The translations under genes were made by a program, and so were the position numbers. 64,000 bases of DNA from an uncultured archaeon (GTDB lineage: Archaea > Altiarchaeota > Altiarchaeia > IMC4 > SCGC-AAA252-I15), in the NCBI GenBank assembly GCA_902384455.1, contig CABMCB010000071.1:64001-128000 (forward strand). The letters are read 5' to 3'. Shown one piece after another: positions 10,069 through 20,292 of the stretch. The notes beneath the pieces were generated by a model. That model was not told where the DNA came from. It made no database searches and saw only the letters and a list, made by a program, of their open reading frames with translations. The first letter of the stretch is position 1. Each line of letters opens with the position of its first letter.

Positions 10069-10293
10069 TTAAACCAGTCTCCGGGGACTGCCGTGAGGAT
10101 GCTCCTTTATGCCTACCGCATGAAGTCTATCCAGGGGGGAACGATGGACGGGACCGAAAGGCATCTCCTCCTGAAACAAGGGGTCCCCTCCGCCCGGAGG
10201 CTCATCTAGTTCACGCAGCATTTGACGGAACTGCCTTCCGGTATAATCCGGTGGATGCTGTTCCTTAATCGCATCCCCCTTTCCTGGAGCCAT
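10069..10293 (-). CDS. Small hypothetical protein
   Basis: ATG at 10293 (MAPGKG), TTTTAAG box about 21 nt upstream; co-directional with 9551-10051. Confidence 0.5.
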   Translation of the reverse strand: MAPGKGDAIKEQHPPDYTGRQFRQMLRELDEPPGGGDPLFQEEMPFGPVHRSPLDRLHAVGIKEHPHGSPRRLV

Positions 10294-10373
10294 CAATAAA
10301 AACCCGTATCGCAAGCTTAAAACCGCCAAAAACGGTTAATAAGGAGGTATAACGCAAAAAATTAGACTACACG

Positions 10374-10868
10374 GTGGTACAAATGGACATAGAAATCCGC
10401 CTACTGAAACTACTGGAAGAAGACGCGACGACGCCCACAAAAGACCTAGCCTCAATGCTGGGGGCAAAAGAGGCGGCCGTCGCAGCCGCAGTCAAAAAGC
10501 TAAGAGACAGCGGCGTAGTCACAGGCCAGAAGGCGGTCATAAATTGGAAGAAAGCCGGAGCGCCATACGCGTCGGCGGTCATCCAAGTCAAGGTGGTGCC
10601 TCAAGCAAAAGACGGCTTCGCCAAAATATGCAAAGACATAGCCAAAAACCGCATAGTAGAAGACGTTTTGGTCGTCAGCGGAGAATACGACCTCATGCTT
10701 ACCGTCAGGGCCGAGTCCATTCAGGACATAAGTGATTTTGTGACTGAGGTTTTGGCGCCTAAGAAGGAGGTTGTGGGGACTAACACTCACATAGTTTTGT
10801 CTGAGTTTAAGCGGCGTGGAGTCTCGTTTACCGACGAGACGGGCAAAAGGCTTCCCGTCTCAATCTGA
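10374..10868 (+). CDS. Lrp/AsnC family transcriptional regulator
   Basis: N-terminal HTH and a C-terminal RAM domain (VSGEYDLML, TNTHIVL); coupled to an aminotransferase as in Bacillus yugG-yugH. Confidence 0.9.
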   Translation: MVQMDIEIRLLKLLEEDATTPTKDLASMLGAKEAAVAAAVKKLRDSGVVTGQKAVINWKKAGAPYASAVIQVKVVPQAKDGFAKICKDIAKNRIVEDVLVVSGEYDLMLTVRAESIQDISDFVTEVLAPKKEVVGTNTHIVLSEFKRRGVSFTDETGKRLPVSI

Positions 10869-10870
10869 AA

Positions 10871-12025
10871 ATGGTCGCTAAACGAGTCAGTGAGATACCT
10901 TTTTCGGGTATCCGGAAGTTCTTCGAGCTTGTGGAGCAAAGCAAAGGCATAGTCAGCCTGGGTGTTGGCGAGCCCGACTTCAATACTCCCCGGCCGATTT
11001 CAGACGCGGGAATACGCGCTATTGAAGCCGGTTACACAAGCTACACCAGCAACTGGGGGCTTTTGGATTTGAGGGCGAAGATAGCCGAGAAACTTAAGGT
11101 AGAGAACGGCTTACATTATTCGCCTGAAAATGAGGTCTTAATTACTGCTGGAACCAGCGAGGCGCTTGACCTTGCGTTTAGGGCGCTGATTAATCCCGGC
11201 GACGAAGTGCTTGTTCCTGAGCCAAGTTACGTCAGCTACAAGCCGTGCGTGTGGTTCGCTTATGGAACTCCGGTTGCAGTGCCAATGAGGGAGGAAAACG
11301 ATTTCCGCGTTCAGGAAGACGACTTGCGCAAGAAAATCACAAAGAAGACCAAGGCGATAATAGTCGCCTCCCCAAACAATCCGACTGGAAGCGTACTCAC
11401 CAAGAAAGACCTGAAGGCGATTGCTGCAGTAGCCCAGGAACACGACCTGTGGGTGATAAGCGACGAACTATACGAATACCTAATATACGACGGGGAAAAA
11501 CACGTCTCCATAGGAAGCTTCCCCGGAATGCGAGAACGCACAATAACAATAAACGGATTTTCCAAAGGACACGCATTCACCGGATGGAGAATAGGATACG
11601 CCGCAGGCCCGGCAGAAGTAACTGAGCTTATGATGAAAATCCACCAGTACACGATGCTTTGCGCGCCAACAATAGCCCAACACGCCGCGCTTGCCGCATT
11701 CAACTGCAAAAAAGAAGTCAAAGCGATGCAGGAGGAATACGACCGAAGACGCAGACTGCTGGTAGCCGGATTAAACGAGCTTCCAGGCGTAACCTGCCGC
11801 ATGCCCAAAGGAGCATTCTACACCTTCCCAAACATAACCGGAACAGGAATGGACAGCGAAACATTCGCCCAACGGCTCGTAAAAGAAGCGCAAGTAGCGG
11901 TAGTCCCAGGCCACACCTTCGGCCAGACCGGAGAAGGACACGTCCGATGCAGCTACAGCGTAAGCCGCGACATAATCACGGAAGCGCTCTCCCGAATGCA
12001 AAAATTCCTGGCGAAAAAAGTGTAA
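10871..12025 (+). CDS. PLP-dependent aminotransferase class I/II (AspAT/AlaT-like)
   Basis: SGIRKFF, GEPDF, SPNNPTG, SDELY, NGFSK..FTGWRIG. Confidence 0.93.
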   Translation: MVAKRVSEIPFSGIRKFFELVEQSKGIVSLGVGEPDFNTPRPISDAGIRAIEAGYTSYTSNWGLLDLRAKIAEKLKVENGLHYSPENEVLITAGTSEALDLAFRALINPGDEVLVPEPSYVSYKPCVWFAYGTPVAVPMREENDFRVQEDDLRKKITKKTKAIIVASPNNPTGSVLTKKDLKAIAAVAQEHDLWVISDELYEYLIYDGEKHVSIGSFPGMRERTITINGFSKGHAFTGWRIGYAAGPAEVTELMMKIHQYTMLCAPTIAQHAALAAFNCKKEVKAMQEEYDRRRRLLVAGLNELPGVTCRMPKGAFYTFPNITGTGMDSETFAQRLVKEAQVAVVPGHTFGQTGEGHVRCSYSVSRDIITEALSRMQKFLAKKV

Positions 12026-12135
12026 CAGAAACCTCCAGACTAGAAAAACCGCAGTTTTCGGCCGTTTCCGGCGGAAAAGAATAAATAATAGGCAGTCTGC
12101 CTCTTATCACTATTTAGCAGGGAGTATTAAGTGTC

Positions 12136-14142
12136 ATGGGCAGCAGCAGGGGCGAATCCCCCTTAGGGAAATTAAAGCGGATGGTACTTGGGGGAGCCCG
12201 CAATCCCCACGACCCGCAGCTGTTCCATAAGCTCTCTCTCATAGCGTTCTTCGCTTGGGTTGGCCTTGGGGCCGACGGACTGTCTTCTTCATGTTATGGT
12301 CCTGAGGAAGCGTTTCTTTCTCTTCAGGGGCACGTCTACTTGAGCATTTTCGTTGCGTTGGCTTCGGCGGTAACCATATTCATCATCAGCTCAAGCTACT
12401 CTCAAATAGTCGAGTTGTTCCCCACCGGCGGAGGAGGGTACCTTGTGGCCAGCAAGCTCCTTTCGCCTTCGTTGGGAATGATTTCCGGATGCGCCCTTAT
12501 GATAGACTACGTACTCACCATATCCTTATCTATAGCAAGCGGCTCCGATGCGTTGTTCAGCTTCCTGCCGCCCCATCTGTATTCATTCAAACTCGTTTTC
12601 GCTATCTCAGGAGTGTTGGTTCTCACCCTACTCAACCTGCGGGGCATCAAGGAATCCGTAATCCCCCTCGTGCCCATATTCATCCTGTTCCTGTTAACCC
12701 ACGCATTCGCAATCGTCTACGCAATAGCAACCCACGTGCCAGAAGTCGGGACAGTAATCGATGCGACTGCCGCAGACGTCCAAACAACAAGCGCAGAAAT
12801 AGGGATAATCGGGATGCTGCTGCTAATACTGCGCGCATACAGCATGGGAGCCGGAACATTCACAGGAATAGAAGCAGTAAGCAACGGCATACCCATACTG
12901 CGGGAACCCAAAGTCCAGACGGCCAAAAAGACGATGCGCCTAATGGCAGTCTCACTCGCATTCATGGTAATAGGTCTTATGATAGGATACCTGCTCTACA
13001 ACGTAGGCCATCAGCAGGGGAAGACGCTGAACGCAATATTCCTGGAAAAAATGACATACAACTGGGGGACAGTCGGCTACGCGTTTGTACTAATCACCCT
13101 GCTGTCCGAAGCCATACTACTATTCGTTGCCGCCCAGACCGGATTCTTGGACGGACCCAGGGTACTATCCAACATGGCGTTAGACCGATGGTTCCCATCC
13201 AGATTCGCCATACTATCCGACCGCTTCGTCACCCAAAACGGCATAATGCTCATGGGCGCGGCAGCATTCGTTCTGATGATAGCCAGCCAAGGCTCAGTGA
13301 AACTCATGGTCGTCCTATACAGCATAAACGTATTCATCACATTCCTACTCTCACAACTGGGGATGGTACGCCACTGGTGGGCCGAAAAAGCGACATCCCC
13401 CGGATGGGAAAAGAAAATAATAATAAACGGGATAGGACTCATACTCACGGCATTCATACTTGTGACTGTGGCATACCTAAAGTTCGAAGAAGGCGGCTGG
13501 ATAACAATATTCATAACAGGCTCCCTAGTATGCTTCGCCCTAATAATACGCCGCCACTACGACCACGCGCAACTGCGCCTCGAACGCCTAGACGGCCTAA
13601 TCCGCGACAACCTGCTTAAAGACGCAGACTTCTCAAACCCCAAATGCCTGCCCCAACAAAAAGAAGAATGCACGCCAGAATTCGACCCCAAAGCAAAAAC
13701 CGCAGTCATACTCGTCAACGGATTCAACGGACTGGGCCTGCACACAATACTTAACGTACTGAAACTAGGCGACATAAGAAACTTCTTCTTCGTCGAAGTA
13801 GGCCTTATCGACGCAGGAAACTTCAAGGGTCTGGAGGAGTTCGAGAAGCTGAAGAGCCACATAAACGACGAATTAGGCCACTACGTGACGTTCATGCAGA
13901 AGCAGGGCTTCTACGCTGAAGGACGCTCGGACATAGGAATAGACGGCGTAGACGAAACGTGCGCATTAGTCAACAAAATCATCGAAGCCCACCCCGACGC
14001 TGAAGTATACGGCGGACAGTTGGTTCTGCCTAAAGAGACTTTCTTCTCCAAGTTGCCTTACAACCAGACGACTTTTGCGGTGCAAAGGCGGCTTGAAGAG
14101 CAGCAGGTGCCATTCAGGATACTGCCCATACAGTTGGGTTAA
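12136..14142 (+). CDS. APC-superfamily transporter, KimA/YdaO-like (probable K+/H+ symporter)
   Basis: ADGLSSSCYGPEE, GGGGY, DYVLT, TGIEAVSNG; about 12 TM helices plus a soluble C-terminal domain. Confidence 0.8.
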   Translation: MGSSRGESPLGKLKRMVLGGARNPHDPQLFHKLSLIAFFAWVGLGADGLSSSCYGPEEAFLSLQGHVYLSIFVALASAVTIFIISSSYSQIVELFPTGGGGYLVASKLLSPSLGMISGCALMIDYVLTISLSIASGSDALFSFLPPHLYSFKLVFAISGVLVLTLLNLRGIKESVIPLVPIFILFLLTHAFAIVYAIATHVPEVGTVIDATAADVQTTSAEIGIIGMLLLILRAYSMGAGTFTGIEAVSNGIPILREPKVQTAKKTMRLMAVSLAFMVIGLMIGYLLYNVGHQQGKTLNAIFLEKMTYNWGTVGYAFVLITLLSEAILLFVAAQTGFLDGPRVLSNMALDRWFPSRFAILSDRFVTQNGIMLMGAAAFVLMIASQGSVKLMVVLYSINVFITFLLSQLGMVRHWWAEKATSPGWEKKIIINGIGLILTAFILVTVAYLKFEEGGWITIFITGSLVCFALIIRRHYDHAQLRLERLDGLIRDNLLKDADFSNPKCLPQQKEECTPEFDPKAKTAVILVNGFNGLGLHTILNVLKLGDIRNFFFVEVGLIDAGNFKGLEEFEKLKSHINDELGHYVTFMQKQGFYAEGRSDIGIDGVDETCALVNKIIEAHPDAEVYGGQLVLPKETFFSKLPYNQTTFAVQRRLEEQQVPFRILPIQLG

Positions 14143-14193
14143 TCGGCCCAGGTTATTTGGGATTTAAAGTTCTGGTTTCCAGAAATTAACGTC

Positions 14194-15510
14194 ATGGTCA
14201 TCCGTGAGGCATCCGCTGGCGGTAATATGGGCGATGTTGACGCCAGAATACTTTCGGCTTTGGGCGGGGGAAGCTCGCTTGAACTGGGAAACGCGATTTT
14301 CGCCAGCCGCCAGCCCCGCTCAGTAAGCGAACAACGCGGATTAGAGGCCAGCGAAGCCGCACAGCAGCCCCGTCCAATAGACGCGTCAAACACTGACACG
14401 TCATCGGTTGGCGCGGCAGCCAGAGGATTCTACCGCATCCTAATCAACGAACCGCCCCAAACCGGAAACTTCCTTAAGGCGCGGCTTCTGGCCGACCCCA
14501 CGGAACTATTCGCGTCTGTCGCAGAATTCCAAAAAAGAAGGACTGGGGCACTGCCATTAGCCGATGACCCGCCAGTGGCCGTAGAAGGCTTTCCGTCCCC
14601 CGCAGGTATGGCAAACATCAACGCGGCAATACTCCTCTACAGGCGGCTCCGCAATTATGCCGACGAACACCCGGACGACCAGCCTTTCGTCGCCGCGGCC
14701 TTCCTAAACAATCCCGGCGAAACAGTCAGTTTCCTGTCTGGTCACGTAAGCGAACGCTTCAGGCAGCTTGCCGGCACCACACTAAATTATTATCAGACCA
14801 CACCAGACGTCCTAGGGTACCCGTCCGACGTTAACGTGGCGGTAAACGGCGCGGCAAGACTTCTTCAGGCGGTGAACCTTTATGTTCCGCCCGACCATCA
14901 GGTTGCGGTTCTGCATAGGGTGGCGGATGCTGTAAGAGTCGCCGACCCGTCAAGACGAGCGGCGGTTGCAGAAGCCATCGGAGTGGCGATAGAAGAGGCG
15001 GTGAACAAGGACTTTCCAGGTTCTATGATACGCTTTGAAGTCGATGACGCCCTAAGAGACGTGACAGTGCAGGAAAAACAAACCCTACACGATTTAAGCG
15101 GCCTGAAGCGAAGGCGTCTTGCGGGCCGCAACTCATTGACTGGGCAAAGCGTTTCCAGCAAGGAATTATATGGTGTCCCGGTTTTGGGTGCGTTTGTTCC
15201 TGCGTGGGGTGGAATAGGTCGGCACATTGACGGTTTGGAGGGGGATGCCCGCAAAAGAGAAACCCTTCATGGTGTCCTGTGGTCTGTAGCGGTGGACGAC
15301 GTGAAAGAGGCTTTAAGCGCGGCTTTTTCGGGTGCTTCTCAGACTTTTGAGCGGGATTGGACGGGTGTTGTCAGAAGTTGGCTTAAGGATTCAATGCAGC
15401 ATCCTGCGCGAGGAGGATTTAGCGCAAACTCTCCGGAATACCAGGCGACACTTACCGCAACAAAAGTAGTGAAAGAAGGAAACCTCCCCGAACTGCACGA
15501 AACGCAATAG
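14194..15510 (+). CDS. Hypothetical (orphan) protein
   Basis: 438-aa ORF; ATTTAAAG box about 25 nt upstream; no motif recognised. Confidence 0.75.
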   Translation: MVIREASAGGNMGDVDARILSALGGGSSLELGNAIFASRQPRSVSEQRGLEASEAAQQPRPIDASNTDTSSVGAAARGFYRILINEPPQTGNFLKARLLADPTELFASVAEFQKRRTGALPLADDPPVAVEGFPSPAGMANINAAILLYRRLRNYADEHPDDQPFVAAAFLNNPGETVSFLSGHVSERFRQLAGTTLNYYQTTPDVLGYPSDVNVAVNGAARLLQAVNLYVPPDHQVAVLHRVADAVRVADPSRRAAVAEAIGVAIEEAVNKDFPGSMIRFEVDDALRDVTVQEKQTLHDLSGLKRRRLAGRNSLTGQSVSSKELYGVPVLGAFVPAWGGIGRHIDGLEGDARKRETLHGVLWSVAVDDVKEALSAAFSGASQTFERDWTGVVRSWLKDSMQHPARGGFSANSPEYQATLTATKVVKEGNLPELHETQ

Positions 15511-15563
15511 AATGGGCGGTCGCCCCTCTTTTTTATCCGCTTCTTCCAAAGGTTTTTTCTACG

Positions 15564-18401
15564 ATGACGGAATACGAGCATTCTGCGGTTGAATCTAAGT
15601 GGGGGCGGCGGTGGAAGGAGGCTCGGGTTTTCGAGAGCAACCCAGATGGCCGCGGCAAGTTTTTTCTGACTGTTCCTTATCCGTACGCTTCCGGTGCATT
15701 GCACGTGGGCCACGCCAGAAGTTACACTCTCGGCGACGTGACAGCGAGGTTCCAGAGGATGCTTGGCAAGAACGTCCTATTCCCGATGGCCAGCCACATC
15801 ACGGGCACGCCTATTCTTGCAATCTCGACTAAGATTCAGCAGAAGAATCCTAAGGCGCTCGCAAGCAACAAAGAGTACGTCGGGTTCTACGTGAAAGACG
15901 AGAAGAAAGTCGAAGAGATAGTGAACTCTTTCACAGAGCCGCAGAACGTCGCCAACTTCTACGCCAACGCCATAATACAGGACTTTGAGAGCATGGGATA
16001 CTCAATAGACTGGAGGCGCTTCTTCACGACAGGCGACAAGGAATACAATGCTTTCATACGCTGGCAATACCACCACCTCAAGGAGCGCGGCTACCTTGTG
16101 AAAGGCAAGCACCCCGTATTCTACTGCCCCCGCGAAGACAACCCCGTAACCACAGACGACATAGAAAGTGGAGATGAATACACCGTGGAGATGGCGCAGT
16201 TCAACCTGCTCAAAGAACCATTCCAAGACGGCTATCTCGTCGCGGCGACTCTGCGCCCCGAAACAATATTCGGCGTCGTCAACGTCTGGGTGAACCCTGA
16301 CAAAGAATACGTAAAGGCGAAAGTGGACGGGGAATTCTGGTACGTTGCGCCCCAGTTCGTCGAAAAATACAAGAGCCAACAGCACGAAGTCGAAATCATA
16401 GAACGCCTCAAAGGAAAAGACCTCATCGAAAAGAAAGTCCGCATCCCGCTCGCAGAACGCGACGTACCCATACTGCCTGCGCCGTTCGTGGACGTAAACA
16501 TCGCGACAGGAGTAGTCAACAGCGTCCCAGCGCACGCCCCATACGACTACGTCGCAGGCGAAGAAATCAAGGCCAAATACCCACAATACGACCTTAAACC
16601 AATCACATTAATCCGCACATCCGGCTACCAAGAAAACCCCGCGAAAGACCTCATAGAAAAAGAAGGAATCAAAAGCCAAGCGGACGTCGAAAAGTTGGAG
16701 AAAGTGACGGCAGACCTGTACCGCGACGAATTCTACCGCGGCATCACCAACAAAAACTGCGGCGAATTCGCCAACATGAAAGTGCAGGAAGCCAAAGAAG
16801 CAGTCACAGACGAACTTAAGGCGAAAAAACTCCTCGCCACAATGTACGAAAACGGCATCAAAGACAAACAAGGCAAACCCGTAATAGAACCCCACTGCCG
16901 GTGCGGAAGCCCAATAATAATCAAAGTACTACCAGACCAATGGTTCCTCGACTACGGAAACCGCGGATGGAAAGACGACGCCAAAAGCCTCCTCGAAAAC
17001 ATGCGGATAGAACCCGACAGCTACCGCAGAGGATTCGAACACACAATAAGCTGGCTACACGAATGGCCATGCACCAGAAACCGCGGATTAGGAACAAGAC
17101 TCCCATTCGACGAACGGTGGGTGATAGAAAGCCTGTCCGACAGCACAATATACATGGCGTACTACACATTCGTACACAAAATAAGAAACAAAGTCCCCGC
17201 CGAAAAACTATCCGTAGCACTATTCAACCACATATTCCTGGGACTAGGCGACACAAAGAAAATCTCCCACGAAACAGGCCTAACCGAACACGCAATAAAA
17301 GAACTCCGCGACGAATTCACATACTGGTACCCAATGGACGAACGCCGCACAGCAACAGCCCACATAAGCAACCACCTCACATTCATGATATTCCACCACG
17401 CAGCACTATTCCCAGCAAACCTCTGGCCCAAACAAATCAGCCTAAACGAAATGCTCATCGCAGAAGGCCGCAAAATGAGCAAGAGCCTGGGCAACGTCAT
17501 ACCCATCCGCCACGGCGTCGAACGCCTAGGCGCAGACACAATGCGCATGTACCTAGTGTACGCGGCAGACCCGGCCACAACACTCGACTGGAGGGAATCC
17601 CAGGTAGACAACGCCCGAAAAAGAATAAAACAGTTCTACGACATAGCCACAGAAATAGCGACAAAGCCAAAAGAAGCAGGCGAAGAAAACGAATTGGACC
17701 TGTGGATGCTCAACCGGGTGGATGAGGCCGCGTATTATTCTCGGTCTGCTCTTGAGGAAGGTAACGTCCGCAAAGCAGTTCAAGTAGCGTTCTACGACAT
17801 GCTCTCAAACTACAACTGGTATGTGCGCCGCAGCGGAAACCACCCCGGCACATTAAGGCATTTCGCTGAAACGTGGGTGAAGCTTATGACGCCCTTAACG
17901 CCGTTCCTTTGCGAAGAACTATGGGAGACGCTTGGGAAAACGCCTTTCGTGTCAAACGAAAAATACCCTGAAGGCAAACAAGCCGACCCGGAAGTGGACG
18001 CGGGCGAAAACATGGTGAAACTGCTGCTTGAAGACGTGCAAAAGATTCTTGAAGTCACAAAAGTCGCGCCAAAGAAAATTCACCTCTACGTAGCGCCAGA
18101 CTGGAAACGAAAAGCATACGCCCTAATCAAAGAAGGAAAAACGATGAAAGAGGCGATGGCAGACCCTGAAATACGCCCCCACGGCAAAGACGCCGCGAAA
18201 ATAATGCAGTCACGCAAAGAAGAGCTTCCTCAAACAATCTACTCCAAAGAAAAAGAAACAAGCATACTAAATGGCGCAAAAGAATTCATAGGCAGAGAAT
18301 TCAACGCTGAAGTCACAGTCCACACGGACGCCTCCCACGACCCGCAAGGCAAAGCCAAATACGCGTTGCCTATGCGCCCGGGAGTCTATGTGGAAGCGTA
18401 A
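15564..18401 (+). CDS. leuS: Leucine--tRNA ligase, archaeal type
   Basis: PYPYASGALHVGH (HIGH), ATLRPET editing domain, IESLSDSTIY, KMSKS, C-terminal ALPMRPGVYVE. Confidence 0.97.
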   Translation: MTEYEHSAVESKWGRRWKEARVFESNPDGRGKFFLTVPYPYASGALHVGHARSYTLGDVTARFQRMLGKNVLFPMASHITGTPILAISTKIQQKNPKALASNKEYVGFYVKDEKKVEEIVNSFTEPQNVANFYANAIIQDFESMGYSIDWRRFFTTGDKEYNAFIRWQYHHLKERGYLVKGKHPVFYCPREDNPVTTDDIESGDEYTVEMAQFNLLKEPFQDGYLVAATLRPETIFGVVNVWVNPDKEYVKAKVDGEFWYVAPQFVEKYKSQQHEVEIIERLKGKDLIEKKVRIPLAERDVPILPAPFVDVNIATGVVNSVPAHAPYDYVAGEEIKAKYPQYDLKPITLIRTSGYQENPAKDLIEKEGIKSQADVEKLEKVTADLYRDEFYRGITNKNCGEFANMKVQEAKEAVTDELKAKKLLATMYENGIKDKQGKPVIEPHCRCGSPIIIKVLPDQWFLDYGNRGWKDDAKSLLENMRIEPDSYRRGFEHTISWLHEWPCTRNRGLGTRLPFDERWVIESLSDSTIYMAYYTFVHKIRNKVPAEKLSVALFNHIFLGLGDTKKISHETGLTEHAIKELRDEFTYWYPMDERRTATAHISNHLTFMIFHHAALFPANLWPKQISLNEMLIAEGRKMSKSLGNVIPIRHGVERLGADTMRMYLVYAADPATTLDWRESQVDNARKRIKQFYDIATEIATKPKEAGEENELDLWMLNRVDEAAYYSRSALEEGNVRKAVQVAFYDMLSNYNWYVRRSGNHPGTLRHFAETWVKLMTPLTPFLCEELWETLGKTPFVSNEKYPEGKQADPEVDAGENMVKLLLEDVQKILEVTKVAPKKIHLYVAPDWKRKAYALIKEGKTMKEAMADPEIRPHGKDAAKIMQSRKEELPQTIYSKEKETSILNGAKEFIGREFNAEVTVHTDASHDPQGKAKYALPMRPGVYVEA

Positions 18402-18407
18402 AAGCTA

Positions 18408-19415
18408 TTAAGGCGTTGAAGCCGCAGCCTCCGCCTCCTCCCTCTTCTTCTTCCGGTGATACAGATACCAGCCTACGAAAGGCCCGGTGAAAACTCCAAA
18501 CGGAAAATTAATTACTCCCCCAGCGACCATGCCTCCAACGACGTACAAAGCCGCCTCGTGTTTAATCGGCTCTCTAGGCGAATATGGTTCGCCTCTGCGA
18601 CGCCGCTCAGACGCCTCCTTATCCGCCTGCTCCTCTACGTGACGCAAATACAATCCGACAGCAGCCCCCGGAATGATGCCCGGCAACCCGAAAACAAGCA
18701 GTCCAACAGCAGCGCTGACTCCACCCCACTTACTCACGTCCTTAACGTTATCCCAAGTGAACTTGCTCGGCGGCTTATAATCCTCCGGAAGACCATGCGC
18801 CTCAAGCCAATCCCTCCTCTCCCTCTCCCTATTAGAAACACGGTAACGAGACCCGACCCCACCCTGCTTTTCAACAGCCTTCTCAACGTAATGACCGATG
18901 ACATAACCAGTAGCCGCGCCCAAAGACACGCCGACCACACCCATAGGCAAAGCAAGCAATGCCGCTCCAGCAACCGACATGCCAGCAGGAGTACGCAAAA
19001 ACTGCGCAAAATCCTCCACCCTACTTCGGAACTTTCCAACATCCCTCTCCCGCCGCTCATCCAATCTCCTAGCCGCCCGTTCAACCTCCTCCATGGTTAC
19101 GCTGCGGCGTCCCGGAATATGAGCGTCCTCCAAATCCACAATCGGCTTGACTCTATCCAGGTAAGTGTCGCGGTATACGTTATAAATCCTCTGCTCCTGC
19201 TCTGTCGTCAATCCTGCGCCAAATTGCGTGCGAAACCTGCGGAAACCCCCATGCTCATTAAATTCCCTACGCCGCGGACCACCCCGTATGGCGTCATCCA
19301 CTGACGCATCAAGGCTTTTCTGCAGTTCAGGATCCCTAAAATAAAACCGTCCGCCCCTCTCCTCAACATCAGCAGCATCAGGAGGGGCAAAAGTCCGTCG
19401 CCTGGAAACAGCCAT
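18408..19415 (-). CDS. Hypothetical membrane protein with three Gly-rich hydrophobic hairpins
   Basis: Arg/Glu-rich N-terminal half followed by three GxxxG-rich segments; CTTAAGTA box about 25 nt upstream. Confidence 0.75.
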   Translation of the reverse strand: MAVSRRRTFAPPDAADVEERGGRFYFRDPELQKSLDASVDDAIRGGPRRREFNEHGGFRRFRTQFGAGLTTEQEQRIYNVYRDTYLDRVKPIVDLEDAHIPGRRSVTMEEVERAARRLDERRERDVGKFRSRVEDFAQFLRTPAGMSVAGAALLALPMGVVGVSLGAATGYVIGHYVEKAVEKQGGVGSRYRVSNRERERRDWLEAHGLPEDYKPPSKFTWDNVKDVSKWGGVSAAVGLLVFGLPGIIPGAAVGLYLRHVEEQADKEASERRRRGEPYSPREPIKHEAALYVVGGMVAGGVINFPFGVFTGPFVGWYLYHRKKKREEAEAAASTP

Positions 19416-19518
19416 AACAGTTACTTACGTACATTACCAGTACTTAAGCGGCATCAAAGCGCAACATGCACTCCTGCCTTCCACTCTCATAACCGCAAAG
19501 GCAACAGACCTAACTCAC

Positions 19519-20292
19519 CTACTTCTTTCCAGCAGCCTTAGAGGCGCATTTGTCAGCGAAATCCCTCACCACAGACAAACTGCTTAACCCACCAACCAAA
19601 GAAGACGCATCAGCAGGACAGAACAACTGAGGCACAACATCCTTATTCAAATAACTCCCCAAGCACTCATCCAAAACCTGCGTATCCACAGCAACACCAG
19701 CATCAAAAGTCCTAACCCTATAAGGAACCCCAGACTCAGACGTAAGATTAGCCAACTCACCCACAAACTTAGCCGCCTCAACGCACGGACCGCAAGTAGG
19801 ATTAGAATAAAGCAAAACAGTATCCGCAGAAACACCCTTACCACTCAAGCAATCCCTAATCTTGCCGCTATCCGAAGCAAGACGATCACACGCCTTCTGA
19901 GAACGAGCATCCCTACACAAAGTAGCAGTAATAGCCGAAAGAGAACGCGCATCACCCAAAGTCACAACGCCATCCCCCGCAACCAAAACCTTAGGCTCCT
20001 TAACCGCAGGACTAACAAAAAAAGGAAGAGAAACACCAACATCCTGACCAATAGCAGACAAAACCGCCTGAGACCTAAAATAACCATTACACAAAACACA
20101 CGAAGGCATATCCTGACCACCACAAGACGAACAATCAGAAGGATAAAGATAATAAACCGCCGCACCACCCGCAACAGGCAAAACAACCTGACCCCCAACA
20201 CCAGACGAAACATAAAGGAAACGGCCTAAGGCAACACCCACAATCAAGCCGGCAACAACGCCGGCCACAATACCCCACTTGGTCTCAGCCAT
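19519..20292 (-). CDS. Membrane-anchored Cys-rich protein with thioredoxin/glutaredoxin-like CxxC motifs
   Basis: N-terminal TM helix; YPSDCSSC..CVLC; LYSNPTCGPC; VPQLFC. Confidence 0.65.
   Translation of the reverse strand: MAETKWGIVAGVVAGLIVGVALGRFLYVSSGVGGQVVLPVAGGAAVYYLYPSDCSSCGGQDMPSCVLCNGYFRSQAVLSAIGQDVGVSLPFFVSPAVKEPKVLVAGDGVVTLGDARSLSAITATLCRDARSQKACDRLASDSGKIRDCLSGKGVSADTVLLYSNPTCGPCVEAAKFVGELANLTSESGVPYRVRTFDAGVAVDTQVLDECLGSYLNKDVVPQLFCPADASSLVGGLSSLSVVRDFADKCASKAAGKK

Noticed and set aside
12026-12135. c-di-AMP (ydaO) riboswitch before the KimA-like gene
   Set aside because: Too short and lacks the GCUGAA..GGAAC/GGGA core; only a small hairpin is present.
12489-19304. Long alternative ORFs (12489-13619, 16901-17725, 18456-19304)
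   Set aside because: Off-frame or antisense shadows rich in Arg/His/Pro/Asn, caused by A/C skew depleting stop codons inside well-supported genes.
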